Part shown: piece after piece, positions 42,884 to 51,679 of the stretch | Numbering within the stretch: position 1 is the stretch's first letter | Layout of the letters: each line of letters opens with the position of its first letter | From: a virus | Reading direction: 5' to 3' (one strand) | IMG/VR virus record: IMGVR_UViG_3300006226_000001 | Location: 1 to 56,916 of that record | DNA: 56,916 nt | The notes under the pieces: model-generated | The model's input: the letters and a program-made list of their open reading frames with translations, nothing else | What the model was told of the DNA's origin: nothing | Database searches by the model: none | Position numbers and translations under genes: made by a program

Positions 42884-44254
42884 TCATGCTCCCTTCCTTC
42901 CGTTCATGACATTCCACGCCCAGCCTTGCGGATTTTTGTATCCTCGTCTAATTCCGACTGCAACTAAATCTTGATATGAGCGTGCCTTTCGGCGTTCTTT
43001 TTGTCTGTCGATTTTAAGTTTTTCAAGCTCAATTTCTTTTAATTGACCATCGATGTATTTTAATTCTCTTTCTGAAATCTCAGGTTCTGCGTTACAAAGA
43101 GGACAAATTTTTGCCGATAAAGATAGAATAGTAAAACACTTTTTACATCGTCTGACGACTGGGATATTTTCTTTTTCTTTTGGCTTTTTTGGTATCCCAT
43201 CGAGGGACCAATCGTTGATGTGTTCAATGGCACCAAATCTGAAGCAGTTCCCAACATGGTCAAGAATTATGGCTTGGGTTTTACCCTCTGAAACCCTGAG
43301 AGCCCTGCCTGCCTGCTGTATATAAATCGAGAGGCTCTGTGTCGGTCTGAGCATAATAGCAGTCTCGATGGTGGGTAAGTCGAAGCCCTCTGAAATCAAT
43401 TCGCAGGAAGTGAGGACTTTGATATAACCACTTTTTAAATCTTTTACCCTCTGATATCTATCTCTATCAGAAAGCGAGCCATCAATCGATGCTGCTGGGA
43501 TGCCTGCCTGATTGAATTGGATAGCCACATCGTCTGCGTGCTTTCTGGAAACACAAAAAACTACAGCTCGCTTGTCTGGACATAGTCTTTTGTAGTGGTC
43601 TATTGCATCGCCAGTAACGGTTGGCTTGTTTACTCTTTTGTCTATTTCTACCTTGTCGAAATCCCCCATTGAAGTCTTGACACCCTCGAAGTCAGCAACC
43701 TGAGGTGGTGCATAATATACAGGTCGACAAAGCCTGCCTCTGTTTATTAAATCCTCTGCTGTGCCTCCGATTATCATTGTATCAAAAATTTTGTTTAGTC
43801 CCTCACCGTTCATCCGCCAGGGCGTGGCAGTAACACCGAGAATTTTACAATTGAAATGAGCGATGACATTTTTAAAGGTGGGTGCTATAGAGTGATGAGC
43901 CTCATCGATGATTAAGAGAGTTGGTGTTTTTACAGAATTTAATCGTCTGGCAAGGGTTTGAATTGAAGCGACCTGAATGAGCTGGTGAGGTTCAGGGTTA
44001 ACACCAGAAGCGATGACACCATAAGAGACATTGAAGTTTTTTAATGTATCGCAAGTTTGACGGAGTAATTCTTGTCTATGGACACAGATTATAACTCTAT
44101 TTCCCTTTAGCTTTGCTCTTTTAGCAATTGCTGAGAATATAACAGTTTTACCTGAACCTGTTGGACTGACGAGCAGGCAAGCTTTATGCCCATTTCTGTA
44201 GCTCTTTAAAATATTTTCTAAGGCTATCTCTTGGTAATCATATAATTCAAACAT
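42884..44254 (-). CDS. Superfamily-2 DEAD/DEAH-box helicase with a C-terminal zinc ribbon
   Basis: Walker A SPTGSGKT, motif II IIDEAHH, QQAGRALR motif VI, CKKCFT...CPLCN. Confidence 0.88.
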   Translation of the reverse strand: MFELYDYQEIALENILKSYRNGHKACLLVSPTGSGKTVIFSAIAKRAKLKGNRVIICVHRQELLRQTCDTLKNFNVSYGVIASGVNPEPHQLIQVASIQTLARRLNSVKTPTLLIIDEAHHSIAPTFKNVIAHFNCKILGVTATPWRMNGEGLNKIFDTMIIGGTAEDLINRGRLCRPVYYAPPQVADFEGVKTSMGDFDKVEIDKRVNKPTVTGDAIDHYKRLCPDKRAVVFCVSRKHADDVAIQFNQAGIPAASIDGSLSDRDRYQRVKDLKSGYIKVLTSCELISEGFDLPTIETAIMLRPTQSLSIYIQQAGRALRVSEGKTQAIILDHVGNCFRFGAIEHINDWSLDGIPKKPKEKENIPVVRRCKKCFTILSLSAKICPLCNAEPEISERELKYIDGQLKEIELEKLKIDRQKERRKARSYQDLVAVGIRRGYKNPQGWAWNVMNGRKGA

Positions 44255-44278
44255 AAAAACTAAAATTTCAAAATGACA

Positions 44279-44326
44279 TATTTTGTCAAATAAATTTTCA
44301 ATTTTGTAAAATGATTTGACAAAATA
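44279..44326. promoter_or_regulatory. 13-bp inverted repeat in the divergent promoter region between the helicase and the recombination island
   Basis: TATTTTGTCAAAT (44279..44291) and ATTTGACAAAATA (44314..44326), plus additional TTTTGTAA motifs. Confidence 0.55.
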
Positions 44327-44394
44327 AGCGGTTTAAATATTTTGGATTTTGTAAGAGGTCATTACAAAATAAGAATTTAAAACAAGGATTTGGT

Positions 44395-45237
44395 GTGGGA
44401 AAAAGAATTCGTGCCAGTATGTTACCTGCTTACAATGATTGTCCGCGCAGGGCAATAGCTCGTCAATTTCGAGAAGAGATTGAGAGTTTTGGATATCAAC
44501 TAAACAAGTCATTACCCTCAATCGGAGCAGCTGTAGGAACTGCAACACACAAAGCCATCGAGCTATATTTTCAATCTAAATTATCTGGTAATATTTTACA
44601 CTCTGAACCTAATGCCCACGAAGAAGCTATGTCGGGTCTAAAAGAGGAAATCAAGAGTGGTGTATTATGGGACGATACAACAACCAATATAGAAACAGCA
44701 AGTAAACAAGTGTGGCGGATGACAAATATTTATATTGAAAGTATCGGCAAGGATATAAATCCGATTGCAACCGAAGTGCCTGTATTAGCAGAATATGAGG
44801 ACTGGGAATTGTCAGGAACAATAGATTTGGTAGCTGAGGATGGAGATGGTGTCCGCATAGTTGATTTTAAAACTGGTAAGGCTGTTCGTTCATTTCACAC
44901 TCAGACGGGTGCCTATTCTCTTTTGTATCGGACTGTAAACCCAGAGCAAAAAGTAAACTCTATAGCGATTGATTTCATAAAGAGAACTCCAGGTCGAAAC
45001 CCTCAGGAAATGCCCATATCAAAAATTTATGATGTAGGTTTATGTGAAAAAGTGGCTTGGGTAACGATATTGAAAATCAAAAGAGATTTTGAGGAGTTTG
45101 AGAAGTCGGGAGACCCTTTTGTATTTTCAGAAAACCCAATGTCCATGCTATGTAACGAAAAATATTGTCCTTGTTTTAATACGGATTTTTGTCCGATAAC
45201 TAAAAATAAAACCGTGGAGGTAAAGATAAATGGGTAA
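44395..45237 (+). CDS. PD-(D/E)XK exonuclease, Cas4/RecB-like, with a Cys cluster
   Basis: GTIDLVAEDGDGVRIVDFKTGK nuclease core. N-terminal Cys (NDCPRR) plus C-terminal CNEKYCPCFNTDFC. GTG start. Confidence 0.75.
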   Translation: MGKRIRASMLPAYNDCPRRAIARQFREEIESFGYQLNKSLPSIGAAVGTATHKAIELYFQSKLSGNILHSEPNAHEEAMSGLKEEIKSGVLWDDTTTNIETASKQVWRMTNIYIESIGKDINPIATEVPVLAEYEDWELSGTIDLVAEDGDGVRIVDFKTGKAVRSFHTQTGAYSLLYRTVNPEQKVNSIAIDFIKRTPGRNPQEMPISKIYDVGLCEKVAWVTILKIKRDFEEFEKSGDPFVFSENPMSMLCNEKYCPCFNTDFCPITKNKTVEVKING

Positions 45238-46096
45238 TGTAAATTATCAACAATTATTTAATGAATTTCGAGATGAGTTTGGCAAGATGGCAGGTCAGAT
45301 ACAAATACTCCTGCCAAAAGAAATGTCGGTGGACATATTTGTCAGAGTAGTATTGACCGCAGTTCAAAAGAAAATTGAACTTTTAGAGGCAGACAGAAAG
45401 TCATTTTATGATGCCTGTCTAGAGTGTGCAAAGGAAGGATTGCTTCCAGATGGAAAAGAGGCTGCGCTTGTGGTCTATAAGGGTAAGGTTTCACTTTTAA
45501 TAATGGTGGAGGGAATACAGAGACAGCTTTATAAGTATGCTAATGTATCCAAAATAATATCCCATGCTGTTTATGAACACGACCAATTTGACTGGGAACA
45601 AGGGGATAATGAGTTTATCCGACACAAACCAACATTAGAGGACAGGGGAAATTTCAAGGCGGTTTATGCAATATTTAAAATGAACAACGGTGAAGTTTTT
45701 CGTGAGGTTTTGAACAAATCCGAAGTTGACTATTTAAAGAACGCTGGGTTTGGAGCAGAGGGTGCATTTTGGAAAAAGTGGTATGGAGAGATGGCAAAGA
45801 AGTCTGTTATCCATAGATTGCATAAAAGATTGAAAGGCAGTTTTGATGTGTATGGGGATGAGACATCAGAGGTTACGAATTACAAACTGCAGGGACCAAC
45901 CACACCGCAAAGTAATTGGGTAGGACAGAATGAAGTGCCAAAACTTGTAGCACCACAAATAGCACCCCAGATACCACCAAAAGAGACACCGATGCAGTCG
46001 ATGGAAAAAGCGTTGAATACTCCTCCCCCGCAACCAGCACCTCAGGAAAGCAGAACGGAGTTAGTGGCTACGGTAGTAGATGACGACCCATTTTAA
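45230..46096 (+). CDS. recT: RecT-family single-strand annealing recombinase
   Basis: SFYDACLECAKEGLLPDGKEAALVVYKG...YAIFKMNNGEVFREVLNKSEVDYLKN...WKKWYGEMAKKSVIHRLHKRL. Confidence 0.85.
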   Translation: MGNVNYQQLFNEFRDEFGKMAGQIQILLPKEMSVDIFVRVVLTAVQKKIELLEADRKSFYDACLECAKEGLLPDGKEAALVVYKGKVSLLIMVEGIQRQLYKYANVSKIISHAVYEHDQFDWEQGDNEFIRHKPTLEDRGNFKAVYAIFKMNNGEVFREVLNKSEVDYLKNAGFGAEGAFWKKWYGEMAKKSVIHRLHKRLKGSFDVYGDETSEVTNYKLQGPTTPQSNWVGQNEVPKLVAPQIAPQIPPKETPMQSMEKALNTPPPQPAPQESRTELVATVVDDDPF

Positions 46097-46107
46097 AGGA
46101 GTGAACA

Positions 46108-47679
46108 ATGGATGTAGTAATAAACAATTTTAGAGGGATAAAAGAAGCAGAATTTAGTTTGCGACATATTACAATTATTGGTGGTGATAACGGTGCTGGC
46201 AAGACATCGATAGCACAGGCAATCGGAGCAGCATTGACTGGTGAGTCGCCGATAAAAGACTTAAAAAAAGGTGATTATGGTCGTCTGATAAACTCTTACA
46301 GCTCGACAGCGTGCATTGAAGTAATTGCATTGGGTGGTAAAGCAATAATGAGCTATCCAGAGGGTAAAGGATACACCAATGGAAATCCGCCCTGCTCGTC
46401 ACTTTATGCTACTGGTCTTTTGTCGCCAGTAGAAATGTCAAAAAAGGAGTCAATGGACTGCTGGATAAGTTTATTGAAATCAGAGCCGACATTGGACGAT
46501 TTAAGAGAGGAATTAAAAGGCAATCCAAGAATAGAGGAAATAGTAGCATTGGTGCGGATGAGAGACTTTGATGGAGCATTAAAAGAAATTTCTGAGGAGG
46601 GGTCAAAGTGCAAAGGTCGCTGGGAAAAGATAACCGGTGAGCGTTATGGGACCAAAAAAGGTGATACTTGGAAGCCTGCAAATTTTTTGATGGGAGTCGA
46701 AAAAGAACAACTTGAGGTTAATTTAAAAAAGGCACAAGAGGAATATAATGAGGGCTTGAAACGGACCGCAGTCGATGACCATGAGCATAAGAGACTGATG
46801 GAGCTGGTAGAAAAACTGCCTGTATTAAAAGAAAAAGAAAAAGAAATAACTGGTTGTATTGAATTAATACAAAAATCTTTTGATGAACACAAATTAAAAT
46901 TGGACGAGGCACTTGCCTCTGAAAATATTTTATTTTGTCCACACTGCAACAAGGAAATAATTTATCAAAATGGGAAAATAATTCCTGCTGAGAAAAAAGG
47001 TGAGTATGATTTACCAAAATTAAAAAATCAACAAGCAGAGTTTATTGCAGAGATTGGCAAATTGAATGCAGAAATTGACAAGATACGATTTTGGATAAAT
47101 CAAAGTGTAGAGGCACAGAAAAAGCTAAATGAGGCAGTGAAAGGTGAAGCACCCAAGGGTCTTGAAACCACTCTGGCACTATGTAAAGCCGAGCTTCAAG
47201 CCTACAAAGATTTTTATGAGGCACAAAAAGAACACAGCGAGGTTTTGTGGCGTGCAGAGGTGCATAAAGTATTAGCACCTGATGGATTGAGAAAGAAAAA
47301 AACTGACGATAAAATCAAGGCATTTAATGAGATATTATCTGAAATATGCAGTATTACCAGATGGGGTATGGTCATGGTCGATGCCGATTTTAATGTTACC
47401 TACGGTGGTCGGATTTATCAGGTATTATCAGAATCAGAACAATATCGGGTGCGAGCCACAATACAGATGGCGGTGGGGTTTCAAGACAAATCCGATGTGT
47501 TGATTTTTGACAGGGTGGATTTACTAACCAGAGATGGTAGAAACGGACTAAGACGAGCCTGTAAAAGTCTGCCTTGTCATTCGATAATTTTACTTTCTGC
47601 CAATAACAGAGAGGAATTTCCCAAGATAGATAAAGAGGACGAAGTGAGCTACTGGGTTGAGAATGGGGAAGTGTCATGA
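46108..47679 (+). CDS. SMC/SbcC-like AAA ATPase with a long coiled-coil insert
   Basis: Walker A GGDNGAGKTS, central coiled coil containing CPHC, C-terminal Walker B-like VLIFDRVD. Confidence 0.75.
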   Translation: MDVVINNFRGIKEAEFSLRHITIIGGDNGAGKTSIAQAIGAALTGESPIKDLKKGDYGRLINSYSSTACIEVIALGGKAIMSYPEGKGYTNGNPPCSSLYATGLLSPVEMSKKESMDCWISLLKSEPTLDDLREELKGNPRIEEIVALVRMRDFDGALKEISEEGSKCKGRWEKITGERYGTKKGDTWKPANFLMGVEKEQLEVNLKKAQEEYNEGLKRTAVDDHEHKRLMELVEKLPVLKEKEKEITGCIELIQKSFDEHKLKLDEALASENILFCPHCNKEIIYQNGKIIPAEKKGEYDLPKLKNQQAEFIAEIGKLNAEIDKIRFWINQSVEAQKKLNEAVKGEAPKGLETTLALCKAELQAYKDFYEAQKEHSEVLWRAEVHKVLAPDGLRKKKTDDKIKAFNEILSEICSITRWGMVMVDADFNVTYGGRIYQVLSESEQYRVRATIQMAVGFQDKSDVLIFDRVDLLTRDGRNGLRRACKSLPCHSIILLSANNREEFPKIDKEDEVSYWVENGEVS

Positions 47680-47684
47680 AGGGT

Positions 47685-47718
47685 GCCGTCAGTGGTTTTC
47701 ACTGACGGCGTTTTTTTT
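47685..47718 (+). terminator. Intrinsic terminator ending the plus-strand recombination island
   Basis: GCCGTCAGTG-GTTTT-CACTGACGGC followed by G plus T8. Confidence 0.88.
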
Positions 47719-47971
47719 AGTCTTTTGAGAGCATTTGATTTAAAAGTTCTTCCAGTGTGCAACCTTGGTCTCTTGCTCGTTTTTTTAGTTCGATTAAAAG
47801 TTCGGTGTCCATTTTAAACTCAACTTTTTTTTGATTTCTGATTGGGTCCTTGAGTCCCAGAGCCTTTCGAATAAGGTCTGAAGCTGACATCTTTTCTTCG
47901 TCTGCCATTTTCATAATTTGTTCGTAATTTTCCTCTGAAACCCTAATTGAAATATTTTTAAATCTTATCAT
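47717..47971 (-). CDS. Ribbon-helix-helix (CopG/Arc-like) DNA-binding protein
   Basis: ISIRVSEENYEQIMKMADEEKMSASDLIRKALGL, plus a second RHH-like segment. RBS GGAGGGACGCGATG. Confidence 0.7.
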   Translation of the reverse strand: MIRFKNISIRVSEENYEQIMKMADEEKMSASDLIRKALGLKDPIRNQKKVEFKMDTELLIELKKRARDQGCTLEELLNQMLSKD

Positions 47972-47997
47972 CGCGTCCCTCCATATTTTTTTTGTGT

Positions 47998-48026
47998 CAT
48001 TATTTTTAGGTGTGTTAAATTGTCAA
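47998..48026 (-). promoter_or_regulatory. Candidate promoter for the RHH gene
   Basis: Minus strand reads TTGACA (48026..48021), N17, ATAATG (48003..47998). Confidence 0.35.
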
Positions 48027-48033
48027 CTAATAA

Positions 48034-48201
48034 TTATACATTTGGTTTTAAATTTACCACACCTGTCAATAATTCTATGTCGATGCTCTTGCCTTTTTTC
48101 TTTTGCTTTAGAGCTTTTTTCAGGTTTTTTATGCAGGTTCTATTTTTTCTGATTAAATCGTGTAAGTCGATAATTTCATTGATGTAAAATTCGGCGTTCA
48201 T
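48034..48201 (-). CDS. Possible small protein (55 aa)
   Basis: Internal ATG 48201 of ORF 48034..48333, immediately after the recombinase stop. The upstream part overlaps the recombinase and is rejected. Confidence 0.3.
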   Translation of the reverse strand: MNAEFYINEIIDLHDLIRKNRTCIKNLKKALKQKKKGKSIDIELLTGVVNLKPNV

Positions 48202-48202
48202 T

Positions 48203-48940
48203 TCATGAAGAATTATAAGTCCCTGTATTAAATCCTTTGTTGGTTCCTTGATATCCACGAACCCTCCTTGCAGGTCTTGTCTTTCCACTGATGTTTTTTG
48301 GCAGTACCTCTTTTTTTGGTGGTCTATATCCATACGATCTTGGGATAATATTTCTTTTTTTCAGATAGGTATCAAGCGTGTTTCTGTGAACATCTAAAAA
48401 TGCTGCGATTTCGTTCATTGGGCAATGCAATTTTATCAGGTTTATTATCTGTTCATCTTTTCCGTGTAGCTTGCTATATCTTGTCGTGCTTCCTTTTTTT
48501 CTGCCAAATACAACACCTTCGGCTTTTTTGCGAGCCATAGCTTCTTTTGTTCGTCTCGATATCAAGTCTCTCTCAATTTGAGCCGAAAGACTAAAGGCAA
48601 AGACGATGACAGCAGTATGTATACCTTCGTCAAGTCTGAGATTGTCTTTTATTGTCCAGATTTCAATCCCTCTTTTCAGGCATTCATTTATAACACCCAT
48701 AATCATAAACATACTTCGACCAAGGCGAGATATTTCGGAACAAATAATCATATCCCCTTTCTGCATTTTTTTCAGTAGATTTCCAAGCTCTCTATCGCCG
48801 ACTTTTTTCGTTCCAGAGACTACCTCTTCAACGAATTTTGAGACAACTAAGTCATTTTTTTGAGCAAAGTTATTTATCTCAAATCGTTGATTTTCGTTTG
48901 TTTGTTTGTCTGTTGACACTCTTACATATGCGTATACCAT
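48203..48940 (-). CDS. Small serine recombinase (resolvase/invertase family) with a C-terminal HTH
   Basis: MVYAYVRVSTDKQTNENQ catalytic-Ser motif, SEISRLGRS, HTH MNEIAAFLDVHRNTLDTYLKK. Confidence 0.9.
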   Translation of the reverse strand: MVYAYVRVSTDKQTNENQRFEINNFAQKNDLVVSKFVEEVVSGTKKVGDRELGNLLKKMQKGDMIICSEISRLGRSMFMIMGVINECLKRGIEIWTIKDNLRLDEGIHTAVIVFAFSLSAQIERDLISRRTKEAMARKKAEGVVFGRKKGSTTRYSKLHGKDEQIINLIKLHCPMNEIAAFLDVHRNTLDTYLKKRNIIPRSYGYRPPKKEVLPKNISGKTRPARRVRGYQGTNKGFNTGTYNSS

Positions 48941-49011
48941 TTTTTTTCTCCTTATGGTAGATTTACTCCCACTTTCCTCACATTGCTTTCAGTATGCAAG
49001 TTTTGTGCCTT

Positions 49012-49188
49012 TTATTTTTTATATGTTATTTCAAATGTTGACATACAGGGTATTTCCTCGACTCCCGTTGTGTTTAAGAAGTCACCGTGTATTTTGACCC
49101 GATAATTGTAGAAATCATCAAAATCGGCTCTGTCGATGGCAATTACCAGTGTTGACTTTTGGTCGTGCCATATTCGGTATAGTTTCAT
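49012..49188 (-). CDS. Hypothetical small protein
   Basis: ORF track 49012..49245. Start set to ATG 49188 (MKLYRIW...), in the GGAGCAACAATGA junction. Confidence 0.5.
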   Translation of the reverse strand: MKLYRIWHDQKSTLVIAIDRADFDDFYNYRVKIHGDFLNTTGVEEIPCMSTFEITYKK

Positions 49189-49364
49189 TGTTGCTCCTTT
49201 AATTCTGGAAACAGATTTAAAATTTCTTTTTTGTATCCTATCCAAAAGTCTTGATATGACCTCCAGACTATTTTTTGATTTTCATTTTTTGAGGCATCGA
49301 TGCTTCTCTGGTAATCCTCAATCCATTCCATTGCTCTTTTCAGTTCTTCTTGTGGGTCTATCAT
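49185..49364 (-). CDS. Hypothetical small protein (59 aa), below the ORF-track cutoff
   Basis: Manual translation gives MIDPQEELKRAMEWIEDYQRSIDASKNENQKIVWRSYQDFWIGYKKEILNLFPELKEQQ. ATGA overlaps at both ends. Confidence 0.5.
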   Translation of the reverse strand: MIDPQEELKRAMEWIEDYQRSIDASKNENQKIVWRSYQDFWIGYKKEILNLFPELKEQQ

Positions 49365-49561
49365 TGTTGCTCCTGCAGAAATCTCAGTCCATCAAGATAG
49401 CCCCTGATGTATTCCCGATTCTCCTTTATTCTTTCTCTGAACTCAATATAATCGGTGCTATATGATTTGTTGCTTTCTAATGGTTTTAAATGTCGTTCGC
49501 CTCTTTCAATGGCATCCTTGATTTTGTTTATTTCTCTCTCGATTTTGTCTTGGGTGGTCAT
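49361..49561 (-). CDS. Hypothetical small protein, paralogue of 54557..54757
   Basis: Shared IEREIN...AI...R.YI.G..FL pattern; GGAGCAACAATGA junction. Confidence 0.6.
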   Translation of the reverse strand: MTTQDKIEREINKIKDAIERGERHLKPLESNKSYSTDYIEFRERIKENREYIRGYLDGLRFLQEQQ

Positions 49562-49818
49562 TGTTGCTCCTTTTTTTTGCGGTTAAGAAACATTTCATTA
49601 ATCTCATTTCTAGCTGCCTCGTTTTTTTTAGCTGATTCCAAACTATGTCCGAATTTTACATCTAAAATTTCACTATAACCTCTTGCGTAATTAAGCACTA
49701 TGTATGGCGTATCGTTGACAAATCTTTTTTTATCATCGTAGCTTAGGAAATTCATATAATTTACCAGTTCGGCGATGTTTTCCATTTTGTGCCATTTCTT
49801 GTTCTCTATTTCTTTCAT
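49558..49818 (-). CDS. Hypothetical protein (86 aa)
   Basis: ORF track; ATGA coupling at both ends. Confidence 0.6.
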   Translation of the reverse strand: MKEIENKKWHKMENIAELVNYMNFLSYDDKKRFVNDTPYIVLNYARGYSEILDVKFGHSLESAKKNEAARNEINEMFLNRKKKEQQ

Positions 49819-50024
49819 TCCAGCTCCTCAGTGATGAACAAATATACTCTTTGCGTTATAATGCTAAATAATTTTTGACAATATTTACATCGCATTTTAG
49901 TATACCAATAGAAAAGACATAAATCTGATTTTGTGCAATTTTTAAGTCTATTCATCCTATCACAATACGGGCATACTGGGTTGTTTGTTTTCTCGTATCG
50001 TGTAAAATTTTCAGGTATTTTCAT
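49815..50024 (-). CDS. Zinc-ribbon small protein
   Basis: ORF track 49815..50207. Start set to ATG 50024 (ATGA overlap with the Gp37/Gp68 stop). CPYCDR...CKYCQ. Confidence 0.55.
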   Translation of the reverse strand: MKIPENFTRYEKTNNPVCPYCDRMNRLKNCTKSDLCLFYWYTKMRCKYCQKLFSIITQRVYLFITEELE

Positions 50025-50767
50025 TTTAACTCCTTTCCAAACGGGTATTGCTGTATTAGCTCGTCCCCCCATATTTCTTTTAGGTTGTTTTTCATAAAAA
50101 TAGGGACATCGTCTTCTTTGCAGTATGCTATCATTGCATCGACCCATTCTTTTTTGGGGATTACTTTGTTTTTTCTGTTTCCTGTTTCTGCCCCGATTAT
50201 TATCCATTTATAATTGGTTGGAAATGTGCCTGACCAAAACCGCTCCAGAATAGGTTCGGCACTAACATAATAGTTGTAATCGCCTTTTGTGTAATAGTCA
50301 GCAGATGATTTGGTGATTGTCATTCCATACCAAAAATTGTCTTTTTGGGGTAGCAGACATTTCATTATTAGCTCACCATACCTTAGGGGGTTCTTGGTCA
50401 GAAAGAAATACCTGTGCTGCGGTGCTTTCTCGCAGGCTTGGAAGACGTCTCGTATCAAGAGGTCTGGCATCCAATCCCCGAATAAATCAGCCATCGAGCA
50501 GACAAATATGTTTTGTGGTTTCTTTATTTTCTGGGGTTCGTTTAATCTGCATTCATAAAAAGTTGGCTCAAAACCGTAAGGAAATGTTTGTTTCTGATGA
50601 GGTGCATCAATCCAACCGTGGATTATTCCATCATTATAGTCCGTTGACATACACCTAAACCTATTTGCTATTTTCCGTGCATAGCAGTATTCGCAGGTGT
50701 TTAGGCATCCCGTGACGGGGTTCCAGGTATAGCCACCATTTAGCCACTCTATTTTAGTCTTGTTCAT
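50021..50767 (-). CDS. Phage Gp37/Gp68-family protein (DUF5131)
   Basis: N-terminus MNKTKIEWLNGGYTWNPVTGCLNTCEYCYARK. Confidence 0.8.
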   Translation of the reverse strand: MNKTKIEWLNGGYTWNPVTGCLNTCEYCYARKIANRFRCMSTDYNDGIIHGWIDAPHQKQTFPYGFEPTFYECRLNEPQKIKKPQNIFVCSMADLFGDWMPDLLIRDVFQACEKAPQHRYFFLTKNPLRYGELIMKCLLPQKDNFWYGMTITKSSADYYTKGDYNYYVSAEPILERFWSGTFPTNYKWIIIGAETGNRKNKVIPKKEWVDAMIAYCKEDDVPIFMKNNLKEIWGDELIQQYPFGKELK

Positions 50768-50949
50768 TTTCCCTCCGATAATTTAAGTAGCTCTGGGTTT
50801 GTAGCTTTGCTGTTTATATCGTTTCCGTATCTGACAAATACAAATACATCGTTCACTGATGTTATAACACCGTATTCGATTAGCTCTTCCCAGCCCGGGT
50901 TATATGTTACTCGTCTACCTATATTTTCTCTTGCTTGTTCAATTGTCAT
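50764..50949 (-). CDS. Hypothetical small protein (61 aa)
   Basis: ORF track; ATGA coupling. Confidence 0.6.
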   Translation of the reverse strand: MTIEQARENIGRRVTYNPGWEELIEYGVITSVNDVFVFVRYGNDINSKATNPELLKLSEGK

Positions 50950-51194
50950 CCTTCCACCTCTTTGATTGTCTTTATCAATGCGTCTCGTAGGTCAATTTGT
51001 AATTCGATTTTGGTATTGTAGATTTCAATGTCGGTTTTATCGATACATTTATTTTGATAATACTTAAAATCCCCACAAGCCCTGTTACTGCTATCATAGA
51101 TGTATGATTTCCATAGTCTATACAAATCAGTCTTAAATTCCCAGACTTCTTTGTTATATCTTTTTGTGTCGATTTCATTGCTCTGTTGTGTCAT
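50946..51194 (-). CDS. Hypothetical protein
   Basis: ORF track 50946..51326. Start set to ATG 51194 after AAAGGAGACCGCAG. Confidence 0.5.
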   Translation of the reverse strand: MTQQSNEIDTKRYNKEVWEFKTDLYRLWKSYIYDSSNRACGDFKYYQNKCIDKTDIEIYNTKIELQIDLRDALIKTIKEVEG

Positions 51195-51414
51195 CTGCGG
51201 TCTCCTTTTTAAATGTGCTGTATTCGATTGTGATTTCTGGATATAACTCAAATATCTTTTCACAATATGGACATTCAAATTCTTTGTCGCCTTCCTCGTC
51301 AAAATGGTCAAATCTTTCCAAATCATCGGTGTCTAATTTTTTGTCGCAGTATGGACAAATAGGCTTATCTTTATGTTCATATTTGTAATAGTTTTTGTCA
51401 GTCTTGGGCATCAT
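51175..51414 (-). CDS. Zinc-ribbon small protein
   Basis: CPYCDK...CPYCEK; RBS AAAGGAGACCG. Confidence 0.6.
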   Translation of the reverse strand: MMPKTDKNYYKYEHKDKPICPYCDKKLDTDDLERFDHFDEEGDKEFECPYCEKIFELYPEITIEYSTFKKETADDTTEQ

Positions 51415-51679
51415 CGGTCTCCTTTTCTAATGGGGTCGAATTCGACCCGATTAAAATTTCTTTTATGGTGTCAAAAAGAACTTTTTCGCCTTTGACAACA
51501 CAGCTTTTTAAACCTAAATACTGCTTTATCTCGAAATGAATAATTGATGGTTCTAATATATTTTGCATGACTTCTACGAATATGTCAGCAGCATAATTTA
51601 CCCATCCATTAACGGGTCTTCTTGCTTTCTCAAATCCCAATTTATTCATTTCAATCTCAAACTTTTCCTCTCTGGTCAT
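51398..51679 (-). CDS. Hypothetical protein (93 aa)
   Basis: ORF track; AAGGAGGCAGAATGA junction at the start. Confidence 0.6.
   Translation of the reverse strand: MTREEKFEIEMNKLGFEKARRPVNGWVNYAADIFVEVMQNILEPSIIHFEIKQYLGLKSCVVKGEKVLFDTIKEILIGSNSTPLEKETDDAQD

Noticed and set aside
48034-48333. Full-length 99-aa ORF overlapping the recombinase 3' end
   Set aside because: The first 44 codons overlap the serine recombinase in another frame. Only the part after ATG 48201 is retained, at low confidence.
49815-50207. 130-aa ORF overlapping the Gp37/Gp68 gene (and similar long versions: 50946..51326, 5077..5418, 3357..3677, 52715..53404)
   Set aside because: The upstream extensions overlap the preceding genes. 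Internal ATGs sit in conserved RBS/ATGA junctions, so the shorter versions are used.
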